Source: Diplonema japonicum
Lineage: Eukaryota; Protista; Euglenozoa: Diplonemea
NCBI GenBank assembly: GCA_964019335.1
Contig: OZ025654.1
Coordinates: 434,001-498,000 of the forward strand
Direction: 5' to 3'
DNA: 64,000 nt
Shown here: positions 9,694-20,115 of the stretch, piece by piece
How the letters are laid out: each line of letters begins with the position of its first letter
Numbering within the stretch: the first letter of the stretch is position 1
Position numbers and translations under genes: made by a program
The notes under the pieces: generated by a model
Told to the model about the DNA's origin: nothing
Database searches by the model: none
Seen by the model: only the letters and a program-made list of their open reading frames with translations

Positions 9694-12600
9694 TCACAAT
9701 TCATGCAGCATATGGTCATACATTTCTTGCCCTGGTTCGCTGTCAGTGTCCCCAAAAGTCGTAGTTTCCTTTTTCTTTTTTCTGTACACAACAACGAGCA
9801 CGAACAAAAGACACCCCGAGCCACCTATAATAATCCAGAGAAGTATTGAAGATGACCTATCGTCCTCACAAGGCGCGACGCCGAAAACCCCTGGAAGCAC
9901 AGAAAGCGAAGACACGGAAGTGGGACATGCACCTTCACCTGACTCACTGTTTACACAATAAGCAGAGTTATTTATTTCAAGCGGTTGTTTAACCATAAGA
10001 AACACGACACAGCCCTGTGTGCTCGTGTCCATTACAGTGCATGAAACGCGGACCTCGTCCTCCTCTGTTATGGATATGGGGGTGTAGACCATTATCTGCT
10101 TCTGGTGCGAAGAATCTAAGTAATCCACACGCGCAATCTCAGTAATTGCTCCTCTCTTGTCGACTTTCTCAACAATCGCGTTCTTGCTGTTAGTACCGTA
10201 GAAGGAAACACCATGTACCTGGAAGTCGCCCCTCCCAGGGCACTTCCCGCAGGTCATTTGCATTGAAGCGGGTCCTTCCCCTGTTCCGCTGTTGAACCCA
10301 ACAGGTGTGAACCACAAGTCGTGCTTCGGTGGAGCAGTCGTGTACCTTAGTCGAATACCGCTTTCATCAATCGTGTGAGATATTAGACCAAACGGGTTGT
10401 CGTACGTCCACTGGAATAAGAATACGTAGCTGTCAAGAAGGTGCACGCCTGTCAGTTCCGGGAAGGCCAAAGGTGGGTCGCCTGGTGTGTACACCCAACT
10501 CAAGCTCTTATCCTTAAGTACTATTAATATCGATTTCAATCGTGGGTAGGCTGTCCCCGTAGTGTCGACGCCTTCCAACATTGTCAAGTATGTATCGCCT
10601 ATCCCTATTTCGCGAACTGAAACGACTCTCCTATATAACTTATCTGGTGCTATCGCCTCCCCATAAGTCACTTCGGCTGTCATGTCTGTGGAAGTCACCG
10701 TTGCAGGAGGTTGAAACCCGAAGGTTGTAGCCAACCGCCGTCCCCCGTGGCCCTTGCCCATGAGCGACGTGCTGCCGTAGGCGAGGATGATTGGGAAGTT
10801 CATCGTCGGGTCCATGTCGCGGTCTCTATTGCGGTCTTGAACAGCGAGCTTTCTCTGTAGATTATATGAAGCCGACGTGGCCGTTACGTTGTAGTTAAGC
10901 AGTGTCCACTCGTCGGCACCGCAGTCATCCTTTATCGGCGCTGCGTACTCTGTCGCGAACATGTCTGTGACGAAGGGCTCACCTGTCTGGTCCCACTGAA
11001 CTGTCACGATGTCGCTCCCAGGCATCCCGCCCGTGCCTGGCTCCGCAATCCCAAACCCCATCCACCCTGTGCTCGCCACTGTAATGGTCAACACCACCTC
11101 CGTCGCGTCCTCCGACATCGTGTGGCAGATGATATAATCGTTCTTGATGGCCAGCTGGTACGCCGTGCAGGTCTCTCCATACGGCGACTGCGTTCTCGGT
11201 GTTGCCGTCTCCGGTGCCTCGGTTGGCACTGCCGTACCGTTAGCAGGAGCTTCTGTCTCATTAGGTGGAAACGTGTCGTTTTGCGGCGACAGGGTGTCCG
11301 GTTCTGCTGTCCCAGGCGCAGATGTGCCAGGTGCATCGGTAGACGGCGCTGTTGTTGGCGGTGCGTCAGTCGCAGTGCACATGGCGGTGTCGTTCCCGAA
11401 CTTCAAAGGCGCATCACCGTCACTGACGTCTGCAGGGTCCCCCACGTACGGCACCGGGTCCTGCCAACCGCACAAGGCCATCGTTTCGTCCAAGTATCCA
11501 CAGTACGTCAGCGCATTCTTCGGGTACACATACAAGTACGCGATGCATTTCTCCTGATCAGCTGCTGTGCCGATCCTTGTCTCTGGCCCTGCAGTGTTGG
11601 AGTACGAGCAGATCGCATGTAGCTCATCACCCGGCTCGAGTATCGCGGACACCTCGTTCATGTTCTGAAAGCCGAGCCCCCAGTACTCAGATGACGACAG
11701 CTCCGAGACCATGCTCCCGTTGCGCCATTGGTTCACCCTGGCCTTCCGACCCAGCTGGTGCATCTGGAACACAACCCCAAAAACGTTCAAGTCCGTAGGG
11801 AACCTCTGCGTACACGACGCAGGGCAGTTTGCCTGCAGCGAGAAGTATTCCCCCGGCTGGGTGACAGGTATCGGTGTTTTGATCTTCAAACTAGGATCAC
11901 CTATGGCTATGGACTGTGCGTCGAAGGGACGCAGATTAGTAGTAAACCCGATACGAAGCCCGCTTGCATCCTGCACGGGGCCCTGGTTTGCATGGTTGTC
12001 GTAGTGTACCTCGAGAAGGAGGTATCGGTAGTGCTGTGGGGCACTGTAGCTGAATCGGAAGCCGGCTTTGTCTGGAAGATATGTTGACCCAGCACCAACA
12101 GCCCATGAGAAAAGTACCTCGTTGCAAGATGCATTCCACTTGGGACACGACTCGCCAGGGTTGTTGAGAAGGGACTCAAACTCCGGGGTGTTTGTGAGGC
12201 AGCCGTGGAGGACTATGCTGTGGACGGAGTCGCTGTTTGCTTCGATCGGCTCGAAACCAATCGCGTGGTAGTCCTGCATCTCGAAGAAGCTGAGGTAGCT
12301 CAGCGAGTCGAACGCATTACACGCGTAGACAGTCTTCTTATCAGGAACAGTATAGTTTCCCATTGTGAATTCAATGTATTCCGTAAACGGTGGGCGGGTG
12401 TTCTCATCTGAACCATCGAAAACCAACGACGTGGCAAGCCTCGCTGCGTTATGATACGCCTGTTTTGGTACGTCGCCGTAGGCCAGAATGACTCGGTTTT
12501 CTCCGAGTGTGACCGTTCGGTCTCGTTGTGTGTCGACGGCTATCAAGGGTTTGATGAGGATTCCTTGGACCCTTCCGTTGTCTCTTGTGAACCCCTCGAT

Positions 12601-14409
12601 GACCCAGTCAGACGAGCCGCAGTCATCCTCTTTAGGCGCCTCATTCCCTACAGCGAACCTATCTGTTACATATGGAACACCGTTCTCCCATTCAATTGTG
12701 GCGATATCTGCACCACCCATTGAACCTGACGTTCGTTCGGATATCCCAAACCCAACCCATCCCGTGGTCTTCACTGTTATGTTGAGCTTTAAGTGCGCCG
12801 TTGTCATCTCCCAGCAAACCATGTAGTCGTTCTGTGTTAGTAAAGAGAACTGAGCGCAGTTGTGAGGAAGCGGAGGGTTCGGGGTCATCCCGACGTTCTT
12901 ACCGAACTCGATTGTGAGCGGCGGGTCGGTGGGGTACTCCGGAGTCCGCGTTGCAGGAATCAACAAATCAAGCCCGCACATCGCTTGCGATTCCGAGTAA
13001 TACCCACAGTACGACCTCGCTGCCTTAGGGTACGCGTATAGGTAGGCTATGCACATTTCATCACTCGACCCCAACCCAAACACCCCATCGCTACCATACA
13101 CGCATGTAGTATGCAGTTCGTCTCCCGGTTGAAGTACGCCGCTTGCCGGGTTGATCGATTGGAACCCGAAATTCCAAAACTCGATTCTGCTCACCTCTTT
13201 CAAGAATGTGTCGTTCCGCCACTGCGACAATCTGATGGATGTGCCCTTCGAGTGCATGTGAAGAAACGCCCCGAAGATAGTGACGGGGGCGGTGTTTAGT
13301 TTCGTGCACTCCGACACGCAATCGACCTGGAAAGTGTTTTGAGTGACAGCGTTAATGGGCGTTTGTAACCTGACGGCAGGGTCACCGACGGCAATGGTCT
13401 GCGCGTCGTGGGTCCGCAGCGTGGGCGTGAAAAACAACTCAACGCCAGAGGTGTCGACACCCGTCTGCATAGATGGGTTGTCATAATGAATTTCCAAGAT
13501 GAGGTAACGATACTCACCAGAAGCGCTGAACCGCAGCCCCGCCTCAGGGGGAAGCATAAATTCCGGCCCGCCGACCGCCCATGTATAAACAATCTCCCCG
13601 CAAGTCGATGATATATCGGGGCATGTTTCGGTCGGGGTGACTGCCGACAACCACTCCGCCGATTTCGTGCTGCAAGCATGCACCAGCACATGGTGCATGA
13701 TGTACCCCTTGCCAACCGTATTGTCCAGCGCACGAAATCCTATCGAATGGAAATCCTTGGTAGCAAGTTCAGGGAGAGCGGTCATAACGTCAATAGACTG
13801 ACACGCATAGGTGGTCACCTTGCTTGGTACGTTGAAGCTCGCCATCTGAAGTGGCACTGTGACATCAGGTGTGACGGATGGTTGCGAAGTTGGATCGTTG
13901 GCGAACGTGATGGTAGTCGACAAGCGGGCGGCATTATGGTAGCCAAGAGGACCGGTACCGAAGCCTAAGATGACTTTGTTCGGGCCCAGTTCGATGGGGC
14001 GGTCCTCTTCTTCAGTTGAGACTGAAAGAGTTTTGATAATCCGTATGGCGACCCCCCCGGTGTTTTCCAGTGCGGAGATGAACTTCCAGCTGCTGCCGTC
14101 GTATGCATCTGGATGAATGGCATGGCCCACTGCGTAGGAGTCTTGCCCACTCCATTGTGTGCCTTTCTTTGAGACAATGAAGACGTCGCTGCCTGACATC
14201 CCGCCGCTGTTGAACTCGGATATCCCTACCCCAATCCACCCTAGAAGTGTGCTTTGTACGGTTATTTTCAATCGTAGCTCGTTGGAGGCTACGTCGATCT
14301 CGTGGCACAGAACGTAGTCCCCAGCGGAGACCAGCCTGAACGTCTCACAAACCTCTGCGCCTGCAGCGAGGCCGAGCATCGTTGCTATTATTATCGTGGT
14401 GTGCCTCAT
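9694..14409 (-). CDS. Type I membrane protein with three tandem DOMON + copper type II monooxygenase (DBH/MOXD1-like) modules
   Basis: Signal peptide; DOMON motif GW(I/V/M)G(V/F)GI.E...G.M.G.D occurs three times; Cu-monooxygenase motifs MHHVLVH, LEIHYDN, LHMH, DEMC; Thr/Pro linker; C-terminal TM followed by RKKKK. Confidence 0.9.
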   Translation of the reverse strand: MRHTTIIIATMLGLAAGAEVCETFRLVSAGDYVLCHEIDVASNELRLKITVQSTLLGWIGVGISEFNSGGMSGSDVFIVSKKGTQWSGQDSYAVGHAIHPDAYDGSSWKFISALENTGGVAIRIIKTLSVSTEEEDRPIELGPNKVILGFGTGPLGYHNAARLSTTITFANDPTSQPSVTPDVTVPLQMASFNVPSKVTTYACQSIDVMTALPELATKDFHSIGFRALDNTVGKGYIMHHVLVHACSTKSAEWLSAVTPTETCPDISSTCGEIVYTWAVGGPEFMLPPEAGLRFSASGEYRYLILEIHYDNPSMQTGVDTSGVELFFTPTLRTHDAQTIAVGDPAVRLQTPINAVTQNTFQVDCVSECTKLNTAPVTIFGAFLHMHSKGTSIRLSQWRNDTFLKEVSRIEFWNFGFQSINPASGVLQPGDELHTTCVYGSDGVFGLGSSDEMCIAYLYAYPKAARSYCGYYSESQAMCGLDLLIPATRTPEYPTDPPLTIEFGKNVGMTPNPPLPHNCAQFSLLTQNDYMVCWEMTTAHLKLNITVKTTGWVGFGISERTSGSMGGADIATIEWENGVPYVTDRFAVGNEAPKEDDCGSSDWVIEGFTRDNGRVQGILIKPLIAVDTQRDRTVTLGENRVILAYGDVPKQAYHNAARLATSLVFDGSDENTRPPFTEYIEFTMGNYTVPDKKTVYACNAFDSLSYLSFFEMQDYHAIGFEPIEANSDSVHSIVLHGCLTNTPEFESLLNNPGESCPKWNASCNEVLFSWAVGAGSTYLPDKAGFRFSYSAPQHYRYLLLEVHYDNHANQGPVQDASGLRIGFTTNLRPFDAQSIAIGDPSLKIKTPIPVTQPGEYFSLQANCPASCTQRFPTDLNVFGVVFQMHQLGRKARVNQWRNGSMVSELSSSEYWGLGFQNMNEVSAILEPGDELHAICSYSNTAGPETRIGTAADQEKCIAYLYVYPKNALTYCGYLDETMALCGWQDPVPYVGDPADVSDGDAPLKFGNDTAMCTATDAPPTTAPSTDAPGTSAPGTAEPDTLSPQNDTFPPNETEAPANGTAVPTEAPETATPRTQSPYGETCTAYQLAIKNDYIICHTMSEDATEVVLTITVASTGWMGFGIAEPGTGGMPGSDIVTVQWDQTGEPFVTDMFATEYAAPIKDDCGADEWTLLNYNVTATSASYNLQRKLAVQDRNRDRDMDPTMNFPIILAYGSTSLMGKGHGGRRLATTFGFQPPATVTSTDMTAEVTYGEAIAPDKLYRRVVSVREIGIGDTYLTMLEGVDTTGTAYPRLKSILIVLKDKSLSWVYTPGDPPLAFPELTGVHLLDSYVFLFQWTYDNPFGLISHTIDESGIRLRYTTAPPKHDLWFTPVGFNSGTGEGPASMQMTCGKCPGRGDFQVHGVSFYGTNSKNAIVEKVDKRGAITEIARVDYLDSSHQKQIMVYTPISITEEDEVRVSCTVMDTSTQGCVVFLMVKQPLEINNSAYCVNSESGEGACPTSVSSLSVLPGVFGVAPCEDDRSSSILLWIIIGGSGCLLFVLVVVYRKKKKETTTFGDTDSEPGQEMYDHMLHEL

Positions 14410-15323
14410 TGCTCTCTTTTCCCCCCTTTCCCTCTTTTCTCCTTCCCCCGGCCACCCTCCCCCTCCCCCTCCTGTGTTGTCGGGTGTTATACAAATGAGG
14501 TTGACAATATGTAAAGAAATAAAGAGAAAATAAATTATAACGTTGTGGGAAGGGGAGAGGGGATGGTTTGATTCGCTCGTCTCAATTTTTACTTTGAGTG
14601 GTGTCCCTTCCGCAATGGTTGTGTGCTTCAGTCAGTAGCACACGGTAAGGTGAGGTGGCACTGTGTAAAAGGATTGAGAGGAGTACAACAAAACCACCTT
14701 ATCCGGGGGAGGGGAGGGGATGCCTCGCGAATAAAGAAAATATTCAGACACAAATCTGAGCCAGCAGCGACCCATTAGAAAGAAATTATGATATTTTTGG
14801 CGGAACAACTGTTGGGGGAAGAAGAGATCACACGACCACCGGTCTCACCGGTGAAGCTTTCAAAGAACTCTTTTTTTAAAATGAAGCACACGCAGCAGAG
14901 AAAGCGGGAAAATAAAAAAAATAATAAATAAGGCGTTTAGCATGAAAGGACATCATTTTCCTTTTGGCCCCGACGAGAATGGGGAACCAGTGTGCAAGCT
15001 TCGGGAGATGGGGCAACAGTGGCACAGTATTCCCCTACTCGCTGCGCCTAACAGTCTCCCGTACATCCTCTCGTTACTCAAATCAAACTTTTCTTTTTTT
15101 AAAGGGTGGACTTCAAAACCATGGTTTATGACAAGAAGAAAATAAAGACCTACTTTGTGAAATTTGGATACCCTCAAACAAACCCAAGGCTTTGGGGGAG
15201 AACATTCAAAAGCTAAAAAAGCCCTTGTAAAAAAAGGGGGAGGGGACGAACGAAAAAGGAAACTCCCACTTTAAATTTTAATAAGCGATCATCTGCTCTA
15301 AGGGGGGGTCTCCCTTTTCTATT

Positions 15324-16904
15324 CTACAAGGCAGGGACGGGCGGGCACCATTTGGCAACGTTTTGCCTGCTGAGTTCCATCGCAGCAGCGATTGTCAAGT
15401 GATCGTTTCCACGCTGCGCCACGAGCTGTACACCCACAGGGAGGTGGGTCTCGGGGTGGAGCCCGCACGGGATGTGCGTGGCGGGCATCTCCATGACGTT
15501 GAAGATAGATGTTGCGGTGCTGTTCACGAACCAATTGTTCCAGAACCCATGCTTAGGGGCACATGTGGGCAGAGACGGTGCCACCCAAATACCGTTTTCA
15601 CCGATGTCGGCCTCCAAGCGTTCACGAAGCACCTCACCCTCCCCGCACAATTTCTTCACCATGGACTTCGGCATCAGCCCGTCGATAAGAGCCAGCCCCA
15701 GCCCTGCGAAGGTATGTTCCGACGTTCCAAACGGTAGTTTCAACAACTCCACAAAGCTGTTAATCTTCTCCTTCTTCTCGGACAGGACCACGTCGAAGGT
15801 CTGCGGTTGCGCATCACCCAACATCGCCGCCCAGATGTCAAACGCCTTCCCCATGTAGTCCACGTCGATAACTTCCACGTCGCACCCCATCTCACGCAGT
15901 GCGTTCTCGACTCTCTCCTGCGCTTTGATGTGCTCCGCACACCGTGCTGTCACCAACTTCGAACCTGACATGATCTTTCTCATGGAGCGCACTTTCAATG
16001 ATTTAACGCGCACATCCTTCGGGTCCTTCCACCTCTCGCTTGCTTTTGTTGTGCAGTACTCATTGGCAACGCCGTCTGGCCCGCTTATAATGTTGAGAAT
16101 GGGCCAAAGGTCCTCCGCGTGGCGGGTGGTGGGGCCGAGCTGGCAGTATCGCTCCACGATGCCATGAACAGCAGGGATGGTGTGGGTGTTTGGAACCGCT
16201 CCTCCGGTGGGTTTGTGTCCGAAAAGCCCGTTAAAGGACGCTGGGATACGTGTGGACCCGCCAACATCGGAGGTAATTGCTGCGGGCCCCCCGCAAGCTG
16301 ACACGATCGACGCACATCCACCTGATGAGCCGCCAGGGTTTCTTGTTGTGTCGTACGGGTTGCACGTTCGTCCGTACACATTGTTTGCAGATTCCATCCA
16401 CATGCATGCTTCAGAGAGGTTCCCACTGCCGAGAACAATGAAACCATTGTCTTCCATACGCTGCACTGCAGGGTTCTTGTTTTCCCCGATGGTTCCCTTT
16501 CGTCTGACCAAACCGGATGTGTAGGGCATGCCTGGGTACTCGAAGCATTCTTTGATGATCAATGGAACGCCGTGGAACGGTTTCCTCTTATCGGAAGGTG
16601 CGGCGTCCGCTGCGATGGCCTCCTTGATCGCAGCGGTGAACCTGTTTGCTACAACAGCGTTGAGGTCTTTGTTTACTTTCTCGATTTGTTTGATGAATGC
16701 TCTGGTTACCTTTTCGCTTGTCGTGTCTCCCTTCCTGATCATCTCAGCAAGTTCAGTGCAGCTCTTCACTAGCACGCTGTCATTGAGCTCTCCTAGATCA
16801 ACCGGCGACCTCTTCTCACTTCCTTTGTTCCACTTCCACCATAGTATGCCCAGTGCTACGCATACGAGCCCTACTGCTTCCTTAGTACAGAGATAGTCAC
16901 ACAT
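15324..16904 (-). CDS. Amidase-signature enzyme, fatty-acid amide hydrolase 2-like
   Basis: PFHGVPLIIKE (catalytic Lys), NPGGSSGG, SDVGGSTRIPA (Ser-cisSer-Lys triad); N-terminal TM. Confidence 0.9.
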   Translation of the reverse strand: MCDYLCTKEAVGLVCVALGILWWKWNKGSEKRSPVDLGELNDSVLVKSCTELAEMIRKGDTTSEKVTRAFIKQIEKVNKDLNAVVANRFTAAIKEAIAADAAPSDKRKPFHGVPLIIKECFEYPGMPYTSGLVRRKGTIGENKNPAVQRMEDNGFIVLGSGNLSEACMWMESANNVYGRTCNPYDTTRNPGGSSGGCASIVSACGGPAAITSDVGGSTRIPASFNGLFGHKPTGGAVPNTHTIPAVHGIVERYCQLGPTTRHAEDLWPILNIISGPDGVANEYCTTKASERWKDPKDVRVKSLKVRSMRKIMSGSKLVTARCAEHIKAQERVENALREMGCDVEVIDVDYMGKAFDIWAAMLGDAQPQTFDVVLSEKKEKINSFVELLKLPFGTSEHTFAGLGLALIDGLMPKSMVKKLCGEGEVLRERLEADIGENGIWVAPSLPTCAPKHGFWNNWFVNSTATSIFNVMEMPATHIPCGLHPETHLPVGVQLVAQRGNDHLTIAAAMELSRQNVAKWCPPVPAL

Positions 16905-17390
16905 ATTTATTTTCGAACTGCTAAAAGGGGTGAATTTCGAGAATTATGGAAGGGGGGGAAAGGTTTCAGAGACGGAGACCCCCCCCTTTTCTTTTTTTTA
17001 CGAACTAAAACCAGTCTGAATGAGAAAAGAAGATGGGGGGGAAATATAAAGATAGATAGTGGAGGTTGTTCAAGGAAGGTTATTCTCCCGTCGGTTTAAA
17101 AAGAAAAGGGGAAGAAAGAGAAGGAAGGGCAGAAGCAAAGAAAAAGAAAGAATGTTGCGCACGAGCGGTGTTTTTACCCAATAAAATAGCTCATTGCACG
17201 ATGCCATCAACTAGTTTTAGTCGCGACAATTATTGTTGGAACAAAAAAAAAAAAAACAAAAAAAAAAGGGAGAGGGAAGAAGGTGAAGCTTTCGCACCAG
17301 ATTCGGGTGCTATAAAATAGCCACAATGCATAACATACTTAATTCAAATGAAGAAAGCGACTATTGTAAAGTCGTGTCACAGATTCATCT

Positions 17391-18224
17391 TCACTCTGCC
17401 AGCTCGTACATATACTCTTCCGTGTCTTCTTCCGCGTCCATCCGCTCACGATGCAGCTTTCGTTTCAGCAACAAGACGACCCCCATTACAACACACACCA
17501 CCACGCCCCCTACGGACATCGCCACCATCACTGATAAGGATAAATTGTCGTCTGTTGAAACTACCGTGTCCGGGGTATAGCATAGGGGCTTGTCTTGCAC
17601 AAGATGGCACTTCTCGCCTGTGTTAGGACACGTGTGGTTCGCACATGGATGCTTCAAGCAGAGGTCACTAGTGTGCAGCTCCGTGCACAGAGGAAGACCG
17701 TTGGTAGCAATCCTGCATTGCAATGTTCCCGGGCACCTTATTTTATCGCAAGGGCTGGGCCCGCTGGCACATGATACCGGGGGAACCTTTGTTGGCGTTG
17801 GAACGCAATGTTCGTTGGCCAGGCAGAAGTCATCCCTAGCACACCAGCAAGGGTCGTGCCGCCTCACGCACGCAACTGTACCGTAGGGATCCACACCGCA
17901 CGTGGAGCCATTAGAACAGTTCAGATTGCTGCGGAGGCAAGGGTCGCCCAACCGTGGTGCGTCCATGCATAGCGTCCCATTCACTTTCTTTGAACTATCG
18001 TTGTAAGTATTCTCATCACGACAGTGGTAACTTGTATTCTTCAACAGGCTGCAGATTTCAGAAGAGCACCTGTTCATCCACTCTGTGGCGACCACTACCT
18101 TGCCATCGGGGCATCTAGCTGTGTTGTTGATGAGCTGGAAGTTTGCATTCAGACATTCTTTCGCAGACACCGCAGTAAGCATGCTCGTAAATAGGAGGCA
18201 AAATGCGCCCGCGGACATTATCAT
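17391..18224 (-). CDS. Cys-rich type I surface membrane protein
   Basis: Signal peptide, many Cys in PC...C...C modules, TM VMVAMSVGGVVVCVVMGVVLLL, short acidic tail. Confidence 0.75.
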   Translation of the reverse strand: MIMSAGAFCLLFTSMLTAVSAKECLNANFQLINNTARCPDGKVVVATEWMNRCSSEICSLLKNTSYHCRDENTYNDSSKKVNGTLCMDAPRLGDPCLRSNLNCSNGSTCGVDPYGTVACVRRHDPCWCARDDFCLANEHCVPTPTKVPPVSCASGPSPCDKIRCPGTLQCRIATNGLPLCTELHTSDLCLKHPCANHTCPNTGEKCHLVQDKPLCYTPDTVVSTDDNLSLSVMVAMSVGGVVVCVVMGVVLLLKRKLHRERMDAEEDTEEYMYELAE

Positions 18225-18411
18225 GGCCTATGGAGAAGGATCAATGATAATTTATAAAAAAAAAAGATAATTTTAATAAAACGTGGAAAAAGGAAAAAAA
18301 GAAGCACTGTGGCATCTCTTCTTTTTTCTTTTTTTTTTTTTTTGTTTTAGAGAGGAGGTAAAAAGAAAACAGAGAAAAAAAGAAAATGGCAACATAGTAC
18401 AAACGATTCTA

Positions 18412-18535
18412 TTGCGGCAGGGGTGCGCAACAACGACTACTTAGCCCATCCACCGTCCTTTGCCCCCTATGTTAGAGAGGACCGGGCAGGGCACCGCACA
18501 ACACCGCAGAACAGAAACTACACAACACGGAGTCC
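18412..18535. repeat. Dispersed repeat A (~125 bp, three near-identical copies at 18412, 24901, 63076)
   Basis: ttgcggcaggggtgcgcaacaacgactac...acacaacacggagtcc seen three times. Confidence 0.92.
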
Positions 18536-18727
18536 GAATCGGAACTTTTGAGGTGAAAAAGAAAATCTAAGAGTTAAAGGAGGTCTCTGTGAGACACCCC
18601 TGTTCTCTCAGACAAAAGAGAGAGGGGAAATTTGAGCGAATTGAAAAAGGAAAGATTGGATAATGTTTTTTCATTCTTCTCCTCCTTCATTTTTCTGCGA
18701 AAAGAACTTCTCTCGTCGCGAGCTTGC

Positions 18728-19216
18728 TTACAGCCTAACCCAAGCACAGCCGTTGCTGAAGTCGATCCTCCTGCCATCGATCTGGACAGTGCCGGTGATC
18801 CCAGTCATGCCAGTTTGGTAGGTCATCATCTGACCAGTGAGGGTCCCGACAGCGGGGGACCAGCTCATGGCCCCGCTGAGGCAGGTGAACTGGTTGCCCA
18901 CCTGCTGGATCTCCACCCTGTCGGGACCAGCAGCGTTCTTCCAGGTCCCAGTGAGGTTGATGCCGGTGTTGGCTACGGAGACGAGCTTCTTCTGGCAGAG
19001 AGGGCCGTGTTGCCCAGGATGCGTCGCGCACTTGTTGCAGCAGCTGGTGGGGTTCACACCGGTGACCTGGTAGTCGCAGCTCACACACTTGAAGGCCTGC
19101 TTCTTGCAGTGGGGCCCGTGGTGCCCAGGGGTCATGTGGCAGAGCTTGCAGCAGTGGGTGGGGCTGACACCAGTCACACCGAAGTTGCAGGTGGCGCTTG
19201 TGCACTTTCCAGACAT
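18728..19216 (-). CDS. Small Cys/His-rich protein with two C..C..VTGV.PT.CC..C...PG.HGP.C repeats and a beta-rich C-terminal domain (copy 1)
   Basis: 162-aa ORF with internal duplication; identical protein at 25230-25718. Confidence 0.75.
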   Translation of the reverse strand: MSGKCTSATCNFGVTGVSPTHCCKLCHMTPGHHGPHCKKQAFKCVSCDYQVTGVNPTSCCNKCATHPGQHGPLCQKKLVSVANTGINLTGTWKNAAGPDRVEIQQVGNQFTCLSGAMSWSPAVGTLTGQMMTYQTGMTGITGTVQIDGRRIDFSNGCAWVRL

Positions 19217-20115
19217 TTTCTTTTTTTTTTTTTTTGGTGCCTATGGTGAGTGTGATCGAGAGTTCAAAACAAAGAATATCAAAACAAAAGAATGACGTGG
19301 GACCGCAACGACCCACCAAAGCAAGAGACAAGAGAGGGGGAAGAAGGGGTCCGGAGAGAGGGAAGGGGGGGTTCTTTAAAGGATATGAGGGGGGATGGGT
19401 AATCTGCAAAAACTGAAAGTGCAGTATATAGACCTTGTAACACCGCAGAACAGAAAACTACACAACACTGAGTCCTTTGTGACTGAGAGTTCCAAACAAA
19501 GAAATATCAAAACAAAAGAATTTCAGACGCGGGACCGCAACGACCCACCAAAGCAAGAGACAAGAGAGCGGGAAGAAGGGGTTCCGAGGGAAGGGTCTTT
19601 TAAAGGATATGAGGGGGGAGGGGTAGTCTGCAAAAACTGAAAGTGCCGTAGACCTTTATGTGAGGTTCAGTTTAGTTCAAAAGTTTTAGTAAACGCATAA
19701 TCTGCACAGAAATCTTTGAAAAATTGCAGAAACCATGAATTGTTTCAGCAGAAAGGGTGCCTCGAGAATACTTCGGAGAGACATAAAAAATTCGATAAGA
19801 CTTTAGTGCAGAAGAAATGCTCACACAGAGAGAAAAAAAAAAAGAAAAAAAGGAGACATTTAAAATGAAAAAGAAAGAAACAAAAAAAGAGAGAAGGGGG
19901 AAAAGAGTATGCTTCTTTTTCTCCCAAGTTCTTCTCAAGTATTCACATTCACTTGTATGCTTCACGGTGCCTCCCTTTGTTTTCTTTTTTTACGCGCTTG
20001 CAGTGAAGCGTGAAAAAGAAAACTAGTTCGACGTTTCATTTGTTTGTATTATTATTTTTGATTCAGTTGTTGTAGAAGTGTGTCTCTACATTTTCATTTC
20101 ATATATTGTTAGTCA

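Noticed and set aside
3762-9700. Many short Phe/Lys-rich ORFs (e.g. 5443-6051, 8067-8384, 8494-8811)
   Set aside because: Translations of poly-A/poly-T homopolymer spacers with no protein-like composition.
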